This document shows positions 22,493 through 31,985 of a stretch of DNA of 64,000 nucleotides, in pieces. A program made the translations under genes and the position numbers. The notes below the pieces were generated by a model. That model had not been told where the DNA came from and made no database searches. It saw only the letters and a list, made by a program, of their open reading frames with translations. This stretch comes from Candidatus Latescibacterota bacterium (GTDB lineage: Bacteria; Latescibacterota; UBA2968; UBA8231): the NCBI GenBank assembly GCA_963422735.1, contig OY730476.1:3616001-3680000 (forward strand), in the 5' to 3' direction. The stretch's first letter is position 1; the number at the start of each line of letters is the position of its first letter.

Positions 22493-24562
22493 TTGAGCGA
22501 ACGAACGAGGAATTTTTCTCTGTGTGGCCATAGCGGCGCGGGTAAAACAGCACTGTCGGAGGCAATATTATTCAACATGGGCGTCGTAAACCGCTTGGGA
22601 CGCATTGATGACGGGACGACGACATCAGATTGCGATTCGGCCGAGATTGAGCGCCAGATTTCGCTCAAGGTCTCTTTGCTAAATGGCCAGTGGCGGGATC
22701 ATCGCCTCAACCTAATGGATACGCCGGGCTATGCAGACTTCATCTCCGAGGCCAAGGCGGCGCTGCGCGTGTCCGACGCGGCAGTCTCTGTCGTCGATTC
22801 GGTTACCGGAGTGGAGATCGGCACCGAGCGGACTTGGAATTTTGCTGCTGATTACAATTTGCCCCGGGTGTTACTCATCAATAAGATGGATCGCGCCGAT
22901 GCCGACGCCGGTCAGATCCTAGAAATGGTTCAAGAGCGTTTCGGGCGCCAAGTCGTGCCTTTGCAAATGGCGGTAAACCCCGGTGAGGGATTCAACCATA
23001 TTGTCGATTTGGTTACCATGAAAGCCTATGCGTACCAAGATGGTAAGGCCGCTGAAGGAGACATACCTGACGAGATCCAGAGCCGCGCTGAAGAGTTGCG
23101 CGAGCAGCTAGTGGAATCCATCGCCGAGACCGACGAAGAATTGATGGAGAAGTATTTCAGCGAGGGCGAATTGACCCCAGAGGATATAGTTGCTGGTTTG
23201 CGCCAGGCCATGTTACGGCTCGAAATTTTTCCGGTCTTTTTCGGAGATGCCTACAACAATGTCGGCATAGATCGGCTGCTCGACGCCTTAGTGCAATACG
23301 GGCCGTCGCCGGTCGAGGCTGCAGGACTCAGATTCGAGGATGGTGAGGGACAGGAAGTTGAGCTTGCAGGTACCGCTACTGAGTCCTTGGCTGCTTTAGT
23401 GTTCAAGACCTTGGCCGAGCAGCACGTAGGTGAGCTTTCTCTGCTGCGCCTCTTCTCTGGAGCGCTCAAGCCCGGCGATGAAGTGGCCAACTCAAGCAAT
23501 CGCACGACCGAGCGCATTGGTCAGATCTATCACCTCAACGGCAACAGGCGGACCGAAGTCGAAAGTGCCGAGGCTGGCGATATCGTCGCCTTAGTCAAAC
23601 TCAAGGACACCCATACGACCGATACGCTTTGCGCCAAGGGCGAGTTGCTACAACTTCCGGGCATTGAATTCCCCGAGCCGCTAATTCGCGTGGCTATTCA
23701 CGCCAAGGAGCAGGGCGGCGAGGAGCGTATGGCCACCGGGCTTTCCCAGTTGCACCAGGAAGATCCAAGCTTCATCATGAAATACGATGGCGAGGTCAGC
23801 CAAACGATCCTCCTTGCCCAAGGCGAGTTACATCTGGAAACTATCATTAGCCGCCTGAAAGAGCGCTTTAGCGTGGAGATCGATATGGAGGTGCCGCGGA
23901 TTCCTTATCGAGAAACGATCCGCGGCAACGCCGATGCGCAGTACCGGCACAAGAAACAGTCGGGCGGACGGGGGCAGTTTGGCGAAGTGTTTCTGCGCAT
24001 TGCTCCCAAGGGGCGGGGTGAAGGTTTTGAGTTTCTCAATAAGGTCGTCGGCGGCAATATCCCGAGCAACTTCATCCCTGCGGTGGAAAAGGGCATTGTC
24101 GAGACGCTGAGCCAAGGCCCAGTGGCCGGTTACCAAGTCATTGATGTGGCTGTTACCGTGTACGACGGTAAGCACCACCCGGTGGACTCAGACGAGGTTT
24201 CTTTTAAGTTGGCCAGCTCTCACGCTTTTAGGGATGCCTTCCTCAAAGCCAAACCGATCCTGCTAGAACCTATCTACCATCTGGAGATTACGGTGCCCGA
24301 GGAGTTTATGGGCGACGTAATGGGCGATCTCTCGTCGCGGCGGGGTCGGATCAGCGGTATGGACACAGCCGGCCATTTCCAGGTCATCCACGCCGAGGCC
24401 CCCTTAGCCGAAATAGACCGTTACGCGACGTTGCTGCGCTCAATGACGCAGGGCAAGGGATTCCACGCGCAGAGATTCGACCGCTACGAGGACGTACCCG
24501 GGGATATCATGGCTAAAATCATCGATGATTCGCAGAAGAATAAGGGAAGAGAAGCGGCGTAA
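22493..24562 (+). CDS. fusA: Elongation factor G paralogue (EF-G2/FusA2-like)
   Basis: TTG start with SD AGGAGG; P-loop GHSGAGKT (not AHIDAGKT), DTPGY.DF, NKMD, KKQSGGRGQFG, LLEPI; not in an rpsL-rpsG context. Confidence 0.9.
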   Translation: MSERTRNFSLCGHSGAGKTALSEAILFNMGVVNRLGRIDDGTTTSDCDSAEIERQISLKVSLLNGQWRDHRLNLMDTPGYADFISEAKAALRVSDAAVSVVDSVTGVEIGTERTWNFAADYNLPRVLLINKMDRADADAGQILEMVQERFGRQVVPLQMAVNPGEGFNHIVDLVTMKAYAYQDGKAAEGDIPDEIQSRAEELREQLVESIAETDEELMEKYFSEGELTPEDIVAGLRQAMLRLEIFPVFFGDAYNNVGIDRLLDALVQYGPSPVEAAGLRFEDGEGQEVELAGTATESLAALVFKTLAEQHVGELSLLRLFSGALKPGDEVANSSNRTTERIGQIYHLNGNRRTEVESAEAGDIVALVKLKDTHTTDTLCAKGELLQLPGIEFPEPLIRVAIHAKEQGGEERMATGLSQLHQEDPSFIMKYDGEVSQTILLAQGELHLETIISRLKERFSVEIDMEVPRIPYRETIRGNADAQYRHKKQSGGRGQFGEVFLRIAPKGRGEGFEFLNKVVGGNIPSNFIPAVEKGIVETLSQGPVAGYQVIDVAVTVYDGKHHPVDSDEVSFKLASSHAFRDAFLKAKPILLEPIYHLEITVPEEFMGDVMGDLSSRRGRISGMDTAGHFQVIHAEAPLAEIDRYATLLRSMTQGKGFHAQRFDRYEDVPGDIMAKIIDDSQKNKGREAA

Positions 24563-24585
24563 GCAGCTTGCTTTCACTCGTTGTG

Positions 24586-24625
24586 AAGGGCTGTCGGCCA
24601 AGTGGTCGGCGGCCCTTTGCTTTTT
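24586..24625 (+). terminator. Probable rho-independent terminator after fusA
   Basis: AAGGGCTGTCGGCC-AAGT-GGTCGGCGGCCCTT followed by TGCTTTTT. Confidence 0.65.
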
Positions 24626-24742
24626 GGATTGCGTGGATTTTTTTATCTTAATATCGTCATATAAAACGGCCGATTTTCCCCGAGCAATGCTTCTGCTTTG
24701 ACAGAGGAAGTGAGTGCGGGAATTAGCAAGGAGATAAAGCCG

Positions 24743-25501
24743 ATGTCCGGCCACTCCAAATGGAGTACGATCAAGCGCAAAAAAGGTGCTAACGACGCCA
24801 AGCGCGGCAAGATATTTACGAAGTTGATCCGCGAGCTTTCAGTGGCCGCCCGCAGCGGAGGTGATGAGGAGACCAACCCGAGTTTGCGCACTGCAGTCCA
24901 GAATGCCAGAGCGGCCAATATGCCCGCGGCAACAATTGAGCGTGCCATACGCCGCGGCACCGGCGACGAGCCGGGGGCGGTGTACGAGGAATGCCTCTTT
25001 GAAGGCTATGGACTCGGTGGGGTGGCCATCATAGTCGAAGCCCTGTCGGACAACCGCAACCGCACGGTTTCCGAAATCCGCCACGTATTCACTAAGTACA
25101 ACGGCAACCTCGCAGAGAGTGGGGCGGTAGCTTGGATGTTTGAACACAAGGGCATTATCGAAGTGGACAAGGCCAATGTTTCCGAAGACGATCTCCTGCT
25201 GGCGGTCGTAGATGCGGGGGGCGAGGATATCCAGGACGGCGACCAAGTCCACGAAGTGATGACTCCAAGCACCGACTTGGAGCCAGTTAAAAAGGCACTG
25301 GAGGATAACGGCATTGCCTTCGCCCAAGCGACGTTGGCTTGGATGCCCAAACGCGAAAATGTGCTCGAAGTACAAGGCGAAGATGCCGAGAAAATCATCC
25401 GCCTCCTCGAGGCCTTGGAGGATTTAGACGATGTACAGAAGGTCTTTTCCAATTTCGATCTCCGAGAAGACGAGTTCGAAAAACTTATAGCTCAGGCCTA
25501 G
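24743..25501 (+). CDS. yebC: YebC/PmpR family protein
   Basis: MSGHSKWSTIKRKKG; EGYG.GG; DNRNRT; LEDLDDVQKVF; SD AAGGAG. Confidence 0.96.
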   Translation: MSGHSKWSTIKRKKGANDAKRGKIFTKLIRELSVAARSGGDEETNPSLRTAVQNARAANMPAATIERAIRRGTGDEPGAVYEECLFEGYGLGGVAIIVEALSDNRNRTVSEIRHVFTKYNGNLAESGAVAWMFEHKGIIEVDKANVSEDDLLLAVVDAGGEDIQDGDQVHEVMTPSTDLEPVKKALEDNGIAFAQATLAWMPKRENVLEVQGEDAEKIIRLLEALEDLDDVQKVFSNFDLREDEFEKLIAQA

Positions 25502-25513
25502 TGGGTCTTCGCT

Positions 25514-26053
25514 TTGCTTGTTCTTGGAGTAGATCCTAGCAGCACGAGCACTGGCTACGGCTTAGTCGAATATAGCAAGCGCAAGGCCCGCTATGTTGCC
25601 TGCGGCTGCATCCGCCCTAGGGAAGGTGAGTTTGAGGATCGGCTGGTTTACATGTTCGACGAGATGACGCGGCTCATCGGCGAATACGCCCCAGACGAGG
25701 GCGCGATCGAAACCACGTTCTATGGCAAGGACGCCGCAGCGGTGGCCAAGCTGGGCCAAGCGAGAGGTGGCCTGATCATCGCCATGCGCAAAGCGGGCTT
25801 GCCCATTGCTCACTATACGCCGACGACGGTTAAAAGGTCGGTGACCGGGAATGGCCAAGCGACCAAGCAACAGGTCCAGTTCATGGTGGCCAGCAACTTG
25901 GGTCTGAAGGGACGGCCCAAGCCCCTTGATGCATCAGACGCCTTGGCCATTGCGCTATGCCACACCCAGCAGTCCGGCCGGGTTGTATGCGAAGGCCAAG
26001 GGCAGCGCAAGCCCGAGATAGAGGCCTTGCTCAATCGCATGGTCCGGCGTTAG
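25514..26053 (+). CDS. ruvC: Holliday junction resolvase RuvC
   Basis: LGVDP...TGYG, LGQARG, VTGNG.A.KQQV, DASDALAIALCH. Confidence 0.94.
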   Translation: MLVLGVDPSSTSTGYGLVEYSKRKARYVACGCIRPREGEFEDRLVYMFDEMTRLIGEYAPDEGAIETTFYGKDAAAVAKLGQARGGLIIAMRKAGLPIAHYTPTTVKRSVTGNGQATKQQVQFMVASNLGLKGRPKPLDASDALAIALCHTQQSGRVVCEGQGQRKPEIEALLNRMVRR

Positions 26054-26061
26054 GTATATCC

Positions 26062-26652
26062 GTGATCACACACCTGCGCGGAACACTCCTGTCCAAATCA
26101 CCTACCCATGCCGTCGTCGACGTCGGGGGCGTGGGGTATGGCTTGGCCATATCCCTGATAACTTTCGACCAACTACCCCCAGCCGCTGAGGCGGTTCATT
26201 TATCTACCTACCTTTACGTGCGCGAAGACCGCATGGAGCTTTTCGGCTTTGCCGATGAGGAAGAGCGAGAGGTCTTCGAGTTGCTAATCGGCGTTTCGGG
26301 CATTGGCCCTCATTCGGCGCTAACCGTGCTGTCGGGCACGACCTTGAGCGACTTGCAGGAGGCCATCTTGCAGGAGCGCGTAGCCGAACTGACGGCGATC
26401 AAGGGCATTGGTCGCAAGACCGCGGAACGCTTGGTGCTCGATCTAAAGGATAAGGTCCGCTTGAGTGCCCCAGCGACCGGCGAAGCGGCCTTGGCGGCCC
26501 ATGCTGGCGCGAGCGAGGAGGCGGCAAAGGCACTGATGACGCTGGGATACGCAGCACCTGCCGCTCGCCAAGCGGTGCGCAAGGCCATCGAAAAGCACGG
26601 CACCGACCTGAGTGTACAACAGCTAATCAAACTAGCCCTCAAGGAGCGCTGA
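26062..26652 (+). CDS. ruvA: Holliday junction DNA-binding protein RuvA
   Basis: GTG start; VDVGGVGY, VREDR.ELFGF, VSGIGP, GIGRKTAERL. Confidence 0.94.
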   Translation: MITHLRGTLLSKSPTHAVVDVGGVGYGLAISLITFDQLPPAAEAVHLSTYLYVREDRMELFGFADEEEREVFELLIGVSGIGPHSALTVLSGTTLSDLQEAILQERVAELTAIKGIGRKTAERLVLDLKDKVRLSAPATGEAALAAHAGASEEAAKALMTLGYAAPAARQAVRKAIEKHGTDLSVQQLIKLALKER

Positions 26653-26662
26653 AGGCTCGGCT

Positions 26663-27688
26663 ATGGACCATCGACCAATAGATCCTAATAGCGGAGATGC
26701 CGACCTTCAGTTCGACAATACGCTGCGTCCTCAGTCCCTTGCCGAGATGCTGGGCCAAGAGAAGACCAAGCAGCAGCTAGGCATTGCCATTGAAGCCGCT
26801 CGGCAGCGCGGCGAGGCCATGGATCACGTGTTGCTGTACGGTCCGCCCGGTCTGGGCAAGACGACGCTTTCGTATGTGATCGCCAAAGAGTTGGGCGTTG
26901 AAATCTATCCTACTTCAGGGCCTTTGCTTGAGCGTCCGAGCGACTTGGCTGGCATGCTCACGACCATGGAGCCACGCGATGTGCTCTTCGTCGACGAGAT
27001 TCACCGCGTCAACCGCGTGGTCGAGGAATACCTGTACTCGGCGATGGAGGACTTCAAAATTGACATCATAATCGACCAAGGCCCGGCGGCCCGCTCGGTC
27101 AGCGTCCCGCTGGAACCTTTCACTTTAGTAGGGGCCACGACGCGCCAGGGCCTGTTGACTTCGCCGATGCGCTCTCGCTTTGGGCTTAATGCCCACCTCG
27201 ACTACTACTCGGTCGCCGAACTCGCTGAGATCGTCAAGCGCGACGCTCGTCTGCTGAATTTATTGGTTTCAGAATCGGGCGCGATGGAAATTGCCCGTCG
27301 ATCCCGCGGTACGGCGCGGATTGCCAAGCGCTGGTTGCGCCGTGCGCGCGATTTTGCCCAAGTGGAAGGCGAAGGCGAGATCAATGCCGAGGTGGTGCAA
27401 AAGGCACTCATCATCCACAGCGTTGACGAGATGGGGCTCGACGAGATGGATATCGCGTTGCTGCGGGCCATTATCGAAAAATTCAACGGCGGTCCGGTCG
27501 GCGTGAGCAATCTGGCGGCCATAATCGGCGAGGAGGCCGAGACACTCGAGGAAGTGGTCGAGCCGTACTTGATCAAGGAGGGGTTTATCAAGCGCACCCC
27601 CAAGGGCCGCGTGGCCATGCCGCGAGCTTGGGATCGCCTCGGCCTCGAGCCACCACCAAGCCCGGGCAATCAATTGGAGCTTCTATGA
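26663..27688 (+). CDS. ruvB: Holliday junction helicase RuvB
   Basis: LRPQ, GPPGLGKTT, FVDEIHR, GATTR.G, GGPVG, EPYL...RTPKGR. Confidence 0.97.
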   Translation: MDHRPIDPNSGDADLQFDNTLRPQSLAEMLGQEKTKQQLGIAIEAARQRGEAMDHVLLYGPPGLGKTTLSYVIAKELGVEIYPTSGPLLERPSDLAGMLTTMEPRDVLFVDEIHRVNRVVEEYLYSAMEDFKIDIIIDQGPAARSVSVPLEPFTLVGATTRQGLLTSPMRSRFGLNAHLDYYSVAELAEIVKRDARLLNLLVSESGAMEIARRSRGTARIAKRWLRRARDFAQVEGEGEINAEVVQKALIIHSVDEMGLDEMDIALLRAIIEKFNGGPVGVSNLAAIIGEEAETLEEVVEPYLIKEGFIKRTPKGRVAMPRAWDRLGLEPPPSPGNQLELL

Positions 27689-28383
27689 GCGCGCACGGCC
27701 GCAGCGTGATTCTGGCGTTGGATACGGCTACTCCGGTCGGTAGCGTGGCGCTCTGCGCGGCAGAAAGGATCGTCGTCAGCCGCTATTTCGATGTGGGATT
27801 GCAGCATTCACAGCGGCTGTTCAGCGAGGTGGAGGCAGCACTAGAGGCCGCAGACATGGATGTCGGGGAAGTACGGGCCGTAGCCGTCGCGATTGGGCCG
27901 GGGTCGTTTACTGGCCTGCGGATCGGGCTAAGCGCAGCTAAGGGCTTGTGTTTGGCCGCGGCCAAGGATCTAGTGACCGTCTCAACGCTGGAAGCACTGG
28001 CTGCCCGTCTGCCCTTTGCTTGCCTGCCCGTCTGCCCGGTCCTCGACGCGCGCAAGCGCGAGGTCTATGCCGCTCTCTACGACACGGCGACGGGCGTTCC
28101 GGTCGAATTGGCATCGCCCCGGGCCATCGCGCCAGCGCATTTGGCCCGAGAGCGGGCTAGCGCGGCGACGATTTACACCGGAGACGGAGCCACGGCCTAT
28201 CGCGATCTGCTTGCGGGCAACTCGGCCGCGCAATTTGCACCCCTGTCCTGTGCCCGTCCCGACGCTGGGACTATTGGCTGGCTGGCGCTGTCCAAGCTAG
28301 AGAGGGGCCAGACTGCGGACTTGGATTCAGTGGAACCCGAGTACTTGCGCTCGCCCGACGCTCGTCCCCTAGCGCGGGCATGA
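27685..28383 (+). CDS. tsaB: t6A biosynthesis protein TsaB
   Basis: LALDTAT, HSQRL, GPGSFTGLRIG, DARKREVY, EPEYLR. Confidence 0.94.
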   Translation: MSAHGRSVILALDTATPVGSVALCAAERIVVSRYFDVGLQHSQRLFSEVEAALEAADMDVGEVRAVAVAIGPGSFTGLRIGLSAAKGLCLAAAKDLVTVSTLEALAARLPFACLPVCPVLDARKREVYAALYDTATGVPVELASPRAIAPAHLARERASAATIYTGDGATAYRDLLAGNSAAQFAPLSCARPDAGTIGWLALSKLERGQTADLDSVEPEYLRSPDARPLARA

Positions 28384-28835
28384 GCGGCGAGGGTCGCTTC
28401 GTTCTGCTAGAGCCAATCCACCTACATCGCCTGATGGAGATTGAGCGAGGCTCTTTCGCCAATCCGTGGAGCGAGGCCGATTTTTGCTACTTATTTGCAG
28501 ATAGAGATTCCCTGTGTTTGGGGCTTTTGCACAGCGGCGAACTGATCGGCTACGCGCTGGGTTATTTCGCCGGCCGCGATTTTCACCTCGCTAATCTCGC
28601 GGTGGATCCAGCATGTCGGCACCGAGGGGGGGCTGGGCAGTTGTTGGGGCGGATATTGCGCTTGGCCGCAGAGCAGGGAGCTAGTCGTTGTGCGCTCGAA
28701 GTGCGCTCGGCGAATCGGGCCGCGCGGGTGCTCTATCGCAAGGCGGGATTCCGAACCGTAGGGCGGCGGGCGGCGTACTACAGAGATCCCCCGGACGCCG
28801 CCGTTTTAATGGAGCGCAACATAGAGATTTTGTAA
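28380..28835 (+). CDS. rimI: Ribosomal-protein-alanine N-acetyltransferase
   Basis: IE..SF.NPWS, NLAVDP..R.RG, LEVRSAN, LY...GF...G.R..YY; follows tsaB. Confidence 0.88.
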   Translation: MSGEGRFVLLEPIHLHRLMEIERGSFANPWSEADFCYLFADRDSLCLGLLHSGELIGYALGYFAGRDFHLANLAVDPACRHRGGAGQLLGRILRLAAEQGASRCALEVRSANRAARVLYRKAGFRTVGRRAAYYRDPPDAAVLMERNIEIL

Positions 28836-28906
28836 TTTATTTATTATACTTACGCTCTTTCTCGACAAATAACCGTCAAAGCCTATAACAGTAGAAGAGG
28901 GACGCG

Positions 28907-30016
28907 ATGGCCGAAGTAATTCTGAAAAATATCCGCAAGGTGTACGACAAAGAAGTGGTGGCGGTGGACGACGCCAATATCGAGATCAAGGACAAGGAGT
29001 TCGTGGTACTCGTCGGCCCTTCGGGCTGCGGCAAGTCCACGACACTGCGGATGATTGCCGGGCTTGAGGAAATCACCGCAGGCGAGATTTCGATAGATGG
29101 GACGATCGTCAACGACGTGCCCCCCAAGGACCGCGACATCGCCATGGTCTTCCAGAATTACGCGCTCTACCCGCACATGAGCGTCTATCAAAACATGGCC
29201 TTTGGGCTTAAGCTGCGAAAATATCCCAAAGACGAGATTGAGGCGCGGGTCCAAGAAGCGGCCGATATACTCGGCATCCAAGACTTACTAGAGCGCAAAC
29301 CCAAAGCGCTTTCGGGCGGTCAGCGCCAACGCGTGGCGGTGGGGCGCGCCATCGTCCGCAAGCCCAAGGTATTCCTCTTTGACGAACCGCTCTCCAACCT
29401 CGATGCCAAGTTGAGGGTGCAGATGCGCACCGAGATCAGCAAGTTGCACAACCGCCTAGGGGCTACCATGGTGTACGTGACGCACGACCAAGTCGAGGCC
29501 ATGACTATGGGAGACCGGATCGTGGTCATGCGCGATGGCCTAATCCAGCAGATCGACAAGCCTCTCCATCTCTACAACAAACCCGTCAACCAGTTTGTCG
29601 CCGGCTTTATCGGCAGCCCCTCCATGAACTTCATTCGCGGTACGCTGTCCTCCAACGGCAGCGGTCTAGTCTTCGACGAAGGCAATGTGCAACTGGCTCT
29701 GCCCGTCGGCTACGGCGAGCAGCTAGGCAGCTACTTGGGGCAGGAGGTGACATTGGGCATCCGCCCGGAAGACATCCACGACCCGGATACCATTGGCCGC
29801 AATGTCGAGACCGTCGAAATTGCGGCCAGTGTCGAAGTGGTCGAACCCATGGGCAACGAGGTCTTCCTCAACCTGACCACCGGCAAGACCGCTTTCGTCG
29901 CCCGCGTCGATCCGCTACACATGCCGCAAGTTGACCAAACGGTAAGGTTGGCCGTCGAGATAGACAAAGCCCACTTTTTTGCTCTGGACAACCAAGAGAG
30001 CCTGTTGCAGAAATAG
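28907..30016 (+). CDS. Carbohydrate ABC transporter ATPase (MalK/UgpC/MsmX family), no cognate permeases adjacent
   Basis: [42 protein letters not shown]-terminal TOBE domain. Confidence 0.93.
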   Translation: MAEVILKNIRKVYDKEVVAVDDANIEIKDKEFVVLVGPSGCGKSTTLRMIAGLEEITAGEISIDGTIVNDVPPKDRDIAMVFQNYALYPHMSVYQNMAFGLKLRKYPKDEIEARVQEAADILGIQDLLERKPKALSGGQRQRVAVGRAIVRKPKVFLFDEPLSNLDAKLRVQMRTEISKLHNRLGATMVYVTHDQVEAMTMGDRIVVMRDGLIQQIDKPLHLYNKPVNQFVAGFIGSPSMNFIRGTLSSNGSGLVFDEGNVQLALPVGYGEQLGSYLGQEVTLGIRPEDIHDPDTIGRNVETVEIAASVEVVEPMGNEVFLNLTTGKTAFVARVDPLHMPQVDQTVRLAVEIDKAHFFALDNQESLLQK

Positions 30017-30024
30017 GGATTGGC

Positions 30025-31164
30025 TTGTACCGCACGGGCGGCACCCCGCATTCCGGGGAGTTTAGCGATCTGGCTCGTCGAGATCGGGCTGGGGCCGTGG
30101 CCGCAGCTTGGCTCGAATCGGGCCGCATCCCTCATGCGGTTCTCATCTGCGGGGCCGAGGGAACCGGCAAACGGCGCTTTGCGCTCGCGTGGGCGAAAGC
30201 CCTGCTGTGCGTTGGTAGTGGCTCCTCCGCCTGCAATCGCTGCCCGAGTTGCCGCAAGGTCGCTTCGCTCATGCATCCCGACCTCCACACCGCATTGCCG
30301 CTACCTCCTCGCCGAGGCAAGCAGAAGTTTTCGCCTGCGGACTTGCGCGAGTCCGTAGTAGAGTACGTCCGCGACGCGAGTGCGGCTCTGCCCAGCAATG
30401 CCAATATCGCGGTTGAGCACCTGCGCCAGTTGCAACGGGAACTGGCGTTTACGCCGACGGAATCCCGGCGCAAAGTTGGCCTGATCTTCGCCGCCGAGCG
30501 GATGCACCCGGCGGGTGCCAATTCGCTGCTCAAGCTCTTGGAGGAGCCGCCGGGCCGGGCCGGCGTCGTGCTGGTTTCGGCGGCACCGGAGCGTCTCCTG
30601 CCTACCGTGCTCTCGCGCTGCCAGCGCATGGTTTTGAGTCCCTTAGATGACACCACCTTGCGGGCGCAGCTCGAACTAGACGGCGTGGCCGGGGAGCGCT
30701 TAGAGCTTGCTGTGCGCATGGGGGCTGGCTCGTTGCAGCAGGCCAAAGAGGTGGCTGCTGGGGCGTTTGACGGAACGCGGCAGTTGGTCGAGTCGTTTCT
30801 TACGGGTGGCTCGGAGCAGCGAGACGAGGTCTATTGGAACGTCCTCGAGGAGTTGGGGGGGGACCGGGGTCAGCTAGAGCGTTTTTTGCAAGTCTGCGGC
30901 CTGTATCTACGGGACCTCTTCCTGTTGGCGCACGGCCGAGACGCGTCCGTCGTCCAGGTAGATCGGCGTCCTTATTTAGAAAACCTGCTAAAGAAAATAG
31001 ACGCTGCCCGAGTCGCCTTGGAAATTGACCGGGCGGCCGAGGCCTTGGGGCACAATGCCAATCCGCAGTTGGTGCTGACCGACCTGTGGCGAGGCTTGCG
31101 CCGCGGGCGGCCAGTGCTGGTGCTCCCACCCGACCCCAGCTTGGCGAGGACGCGGCGTTGGTAA
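30025..31164 (+). CDS. holB: DNA polymerase III delta' subunit
   Basis: HAVL..G..GTGK, zinc motif C..C.SC, HPDL, ANSLLKLLEEPP, LLPTVLSRCQ; start uncertain. Confidence 0.88.
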   Translation: MYRTGGTPHSGEFSDLARRDRAGAVAAAWLESGRIPHAVLICGAEGTGKRRFALAWAKALLCVGSGSSACNRCPSCRKVASLMHPDLHTALPLPPRRGKQKFSPADLRESVVEYVRDASAALPSNANIAVEHLRQLQRELAFTPTESRRKVGLIFAAERMHPAGANSLLKLLEEPPGRAGVVLVSAAPERLLPTVLSRCQRMVLSPLDDTTLRAQLELDGVAGERLELAVRMGAGSLQQAKEVAAGAFDGTRQLVESFLTGGSEQRDEVYWNVLEELGGDRGQLERFLQVCGLYLRDLFLLAHGRDASVVQVDRRPYLENLLKKIDAARVALEIDRAAEALGHNANPQLVLTDLWRGLRRGRPVLVLPPDPSLARTRRW

Positions 31165-31985
31165 ACGCCCACCGACTGCGGCCGCGCTTTGCCCAGCACT
31201 TCCTCGTCGCTCGGGGTGTCATAGAGGCCATTGCTGGGCTAGTGCGTCCGGTTACTGGCGAGGTGGTCGTCGAGATCGGGCCGGGCCGGGGCGCGTTGAC
31301 CGAGGTGCTGCTCGCTTCTGTGGATCGCCTAGTGGCCGTGGAAATCGATCGCGACTTGGTGGCCTTGCTCCGCACGCGCCAAGATGTGCGTAGGTTGCGC
31401 TTGATCGAAGGAGATATTCTGCAAGTCGATCTCGGGGAGATCTTGCGGGACGCGGCCGGGTGCCGGCTGCTGATTGTCGGCAATCTTCCCTACAATATCA
31501 CCGCTCCGCTGATCTTTCACCTTCTCGCACACGCCGATTGTATCAGCCGTGCCATCGTCATGGTCCAACGCGAAGTGGCTCAGCGCTTGGTCGCGAGCCC
31601 CGGTTCAAAGGATTACAGCTTGCTGTCGGTGCTGGTGGCCATGCGCGCTGAGGTGGAGATGCGCTTGCAGGTGGAGCGCGATAGCTTTCGGCCCGTGCCG
31701 GCTGTGGATTCGTCCGTAGTCGAGTTGCGCTTTGCCCCCAAGCCCCGCTACTCAGTAAAAGACGTGGGCTGTTTCGACCGCTTGGTGCGCCGGGCCTTTG
31801 GCCAGCGGCGCAAGATGCTGCGCAATTCGCTCCTCGGCCTCAATCCCGAGGGCGGGCGGCCTTGGCTAGAAGATCTGGGCCAGCAGGCGGGTATCGAACT
31901 GACGCGCCGCCCGGAGGAATTGTCGATAGAGGAATTCATCCGGCTGAGCGACACCTGCTCGAGCTTGGGAAAGGAAAGGCCGTGA
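31158..31985 (+). CDS. rsmA: 16S rRNA dimethyltransferase RsmA/KsgA
   Basis: QHFL, VEIGPG.GALT, VEIDRDL, VGNLPYNIT, MVQREVA, F.QRRKMLRN; start placed at TTG 31158 (uncertain). Confidence 0.93.
   Translation: MVNAHRLRPRFAQHFLVARGVIEAIAGLVRPVTGEVVVEIGPGRGALTEVLLASVDRLVAVEIDRDLVALLRTRQDVRRLRLIEGDILQVDLGEILRDAAGCRLLIVGNLPYNITAPLIFHLLAHADCISRAIVMVQREVAQRLVASPGSKDYSLLSVLVAMRAEVEMRLQVERDSFRPVPAVDSSVVELRFAPKPRYSVKDVGCFDRLVRRAFGQRRKMLRNSLLGLNPEGGRPWLEDLGQQAGIELTRRPEELSIEEFIRLSDTCSSLGKERP

Noticed and set aside
24698-24710. TTGACAGAGGAAG identical to the rrn -35 region (17140-17152)
   Set aside because: No plausible -10 at 16-18 nt spacing; a 13-nt match may be chance
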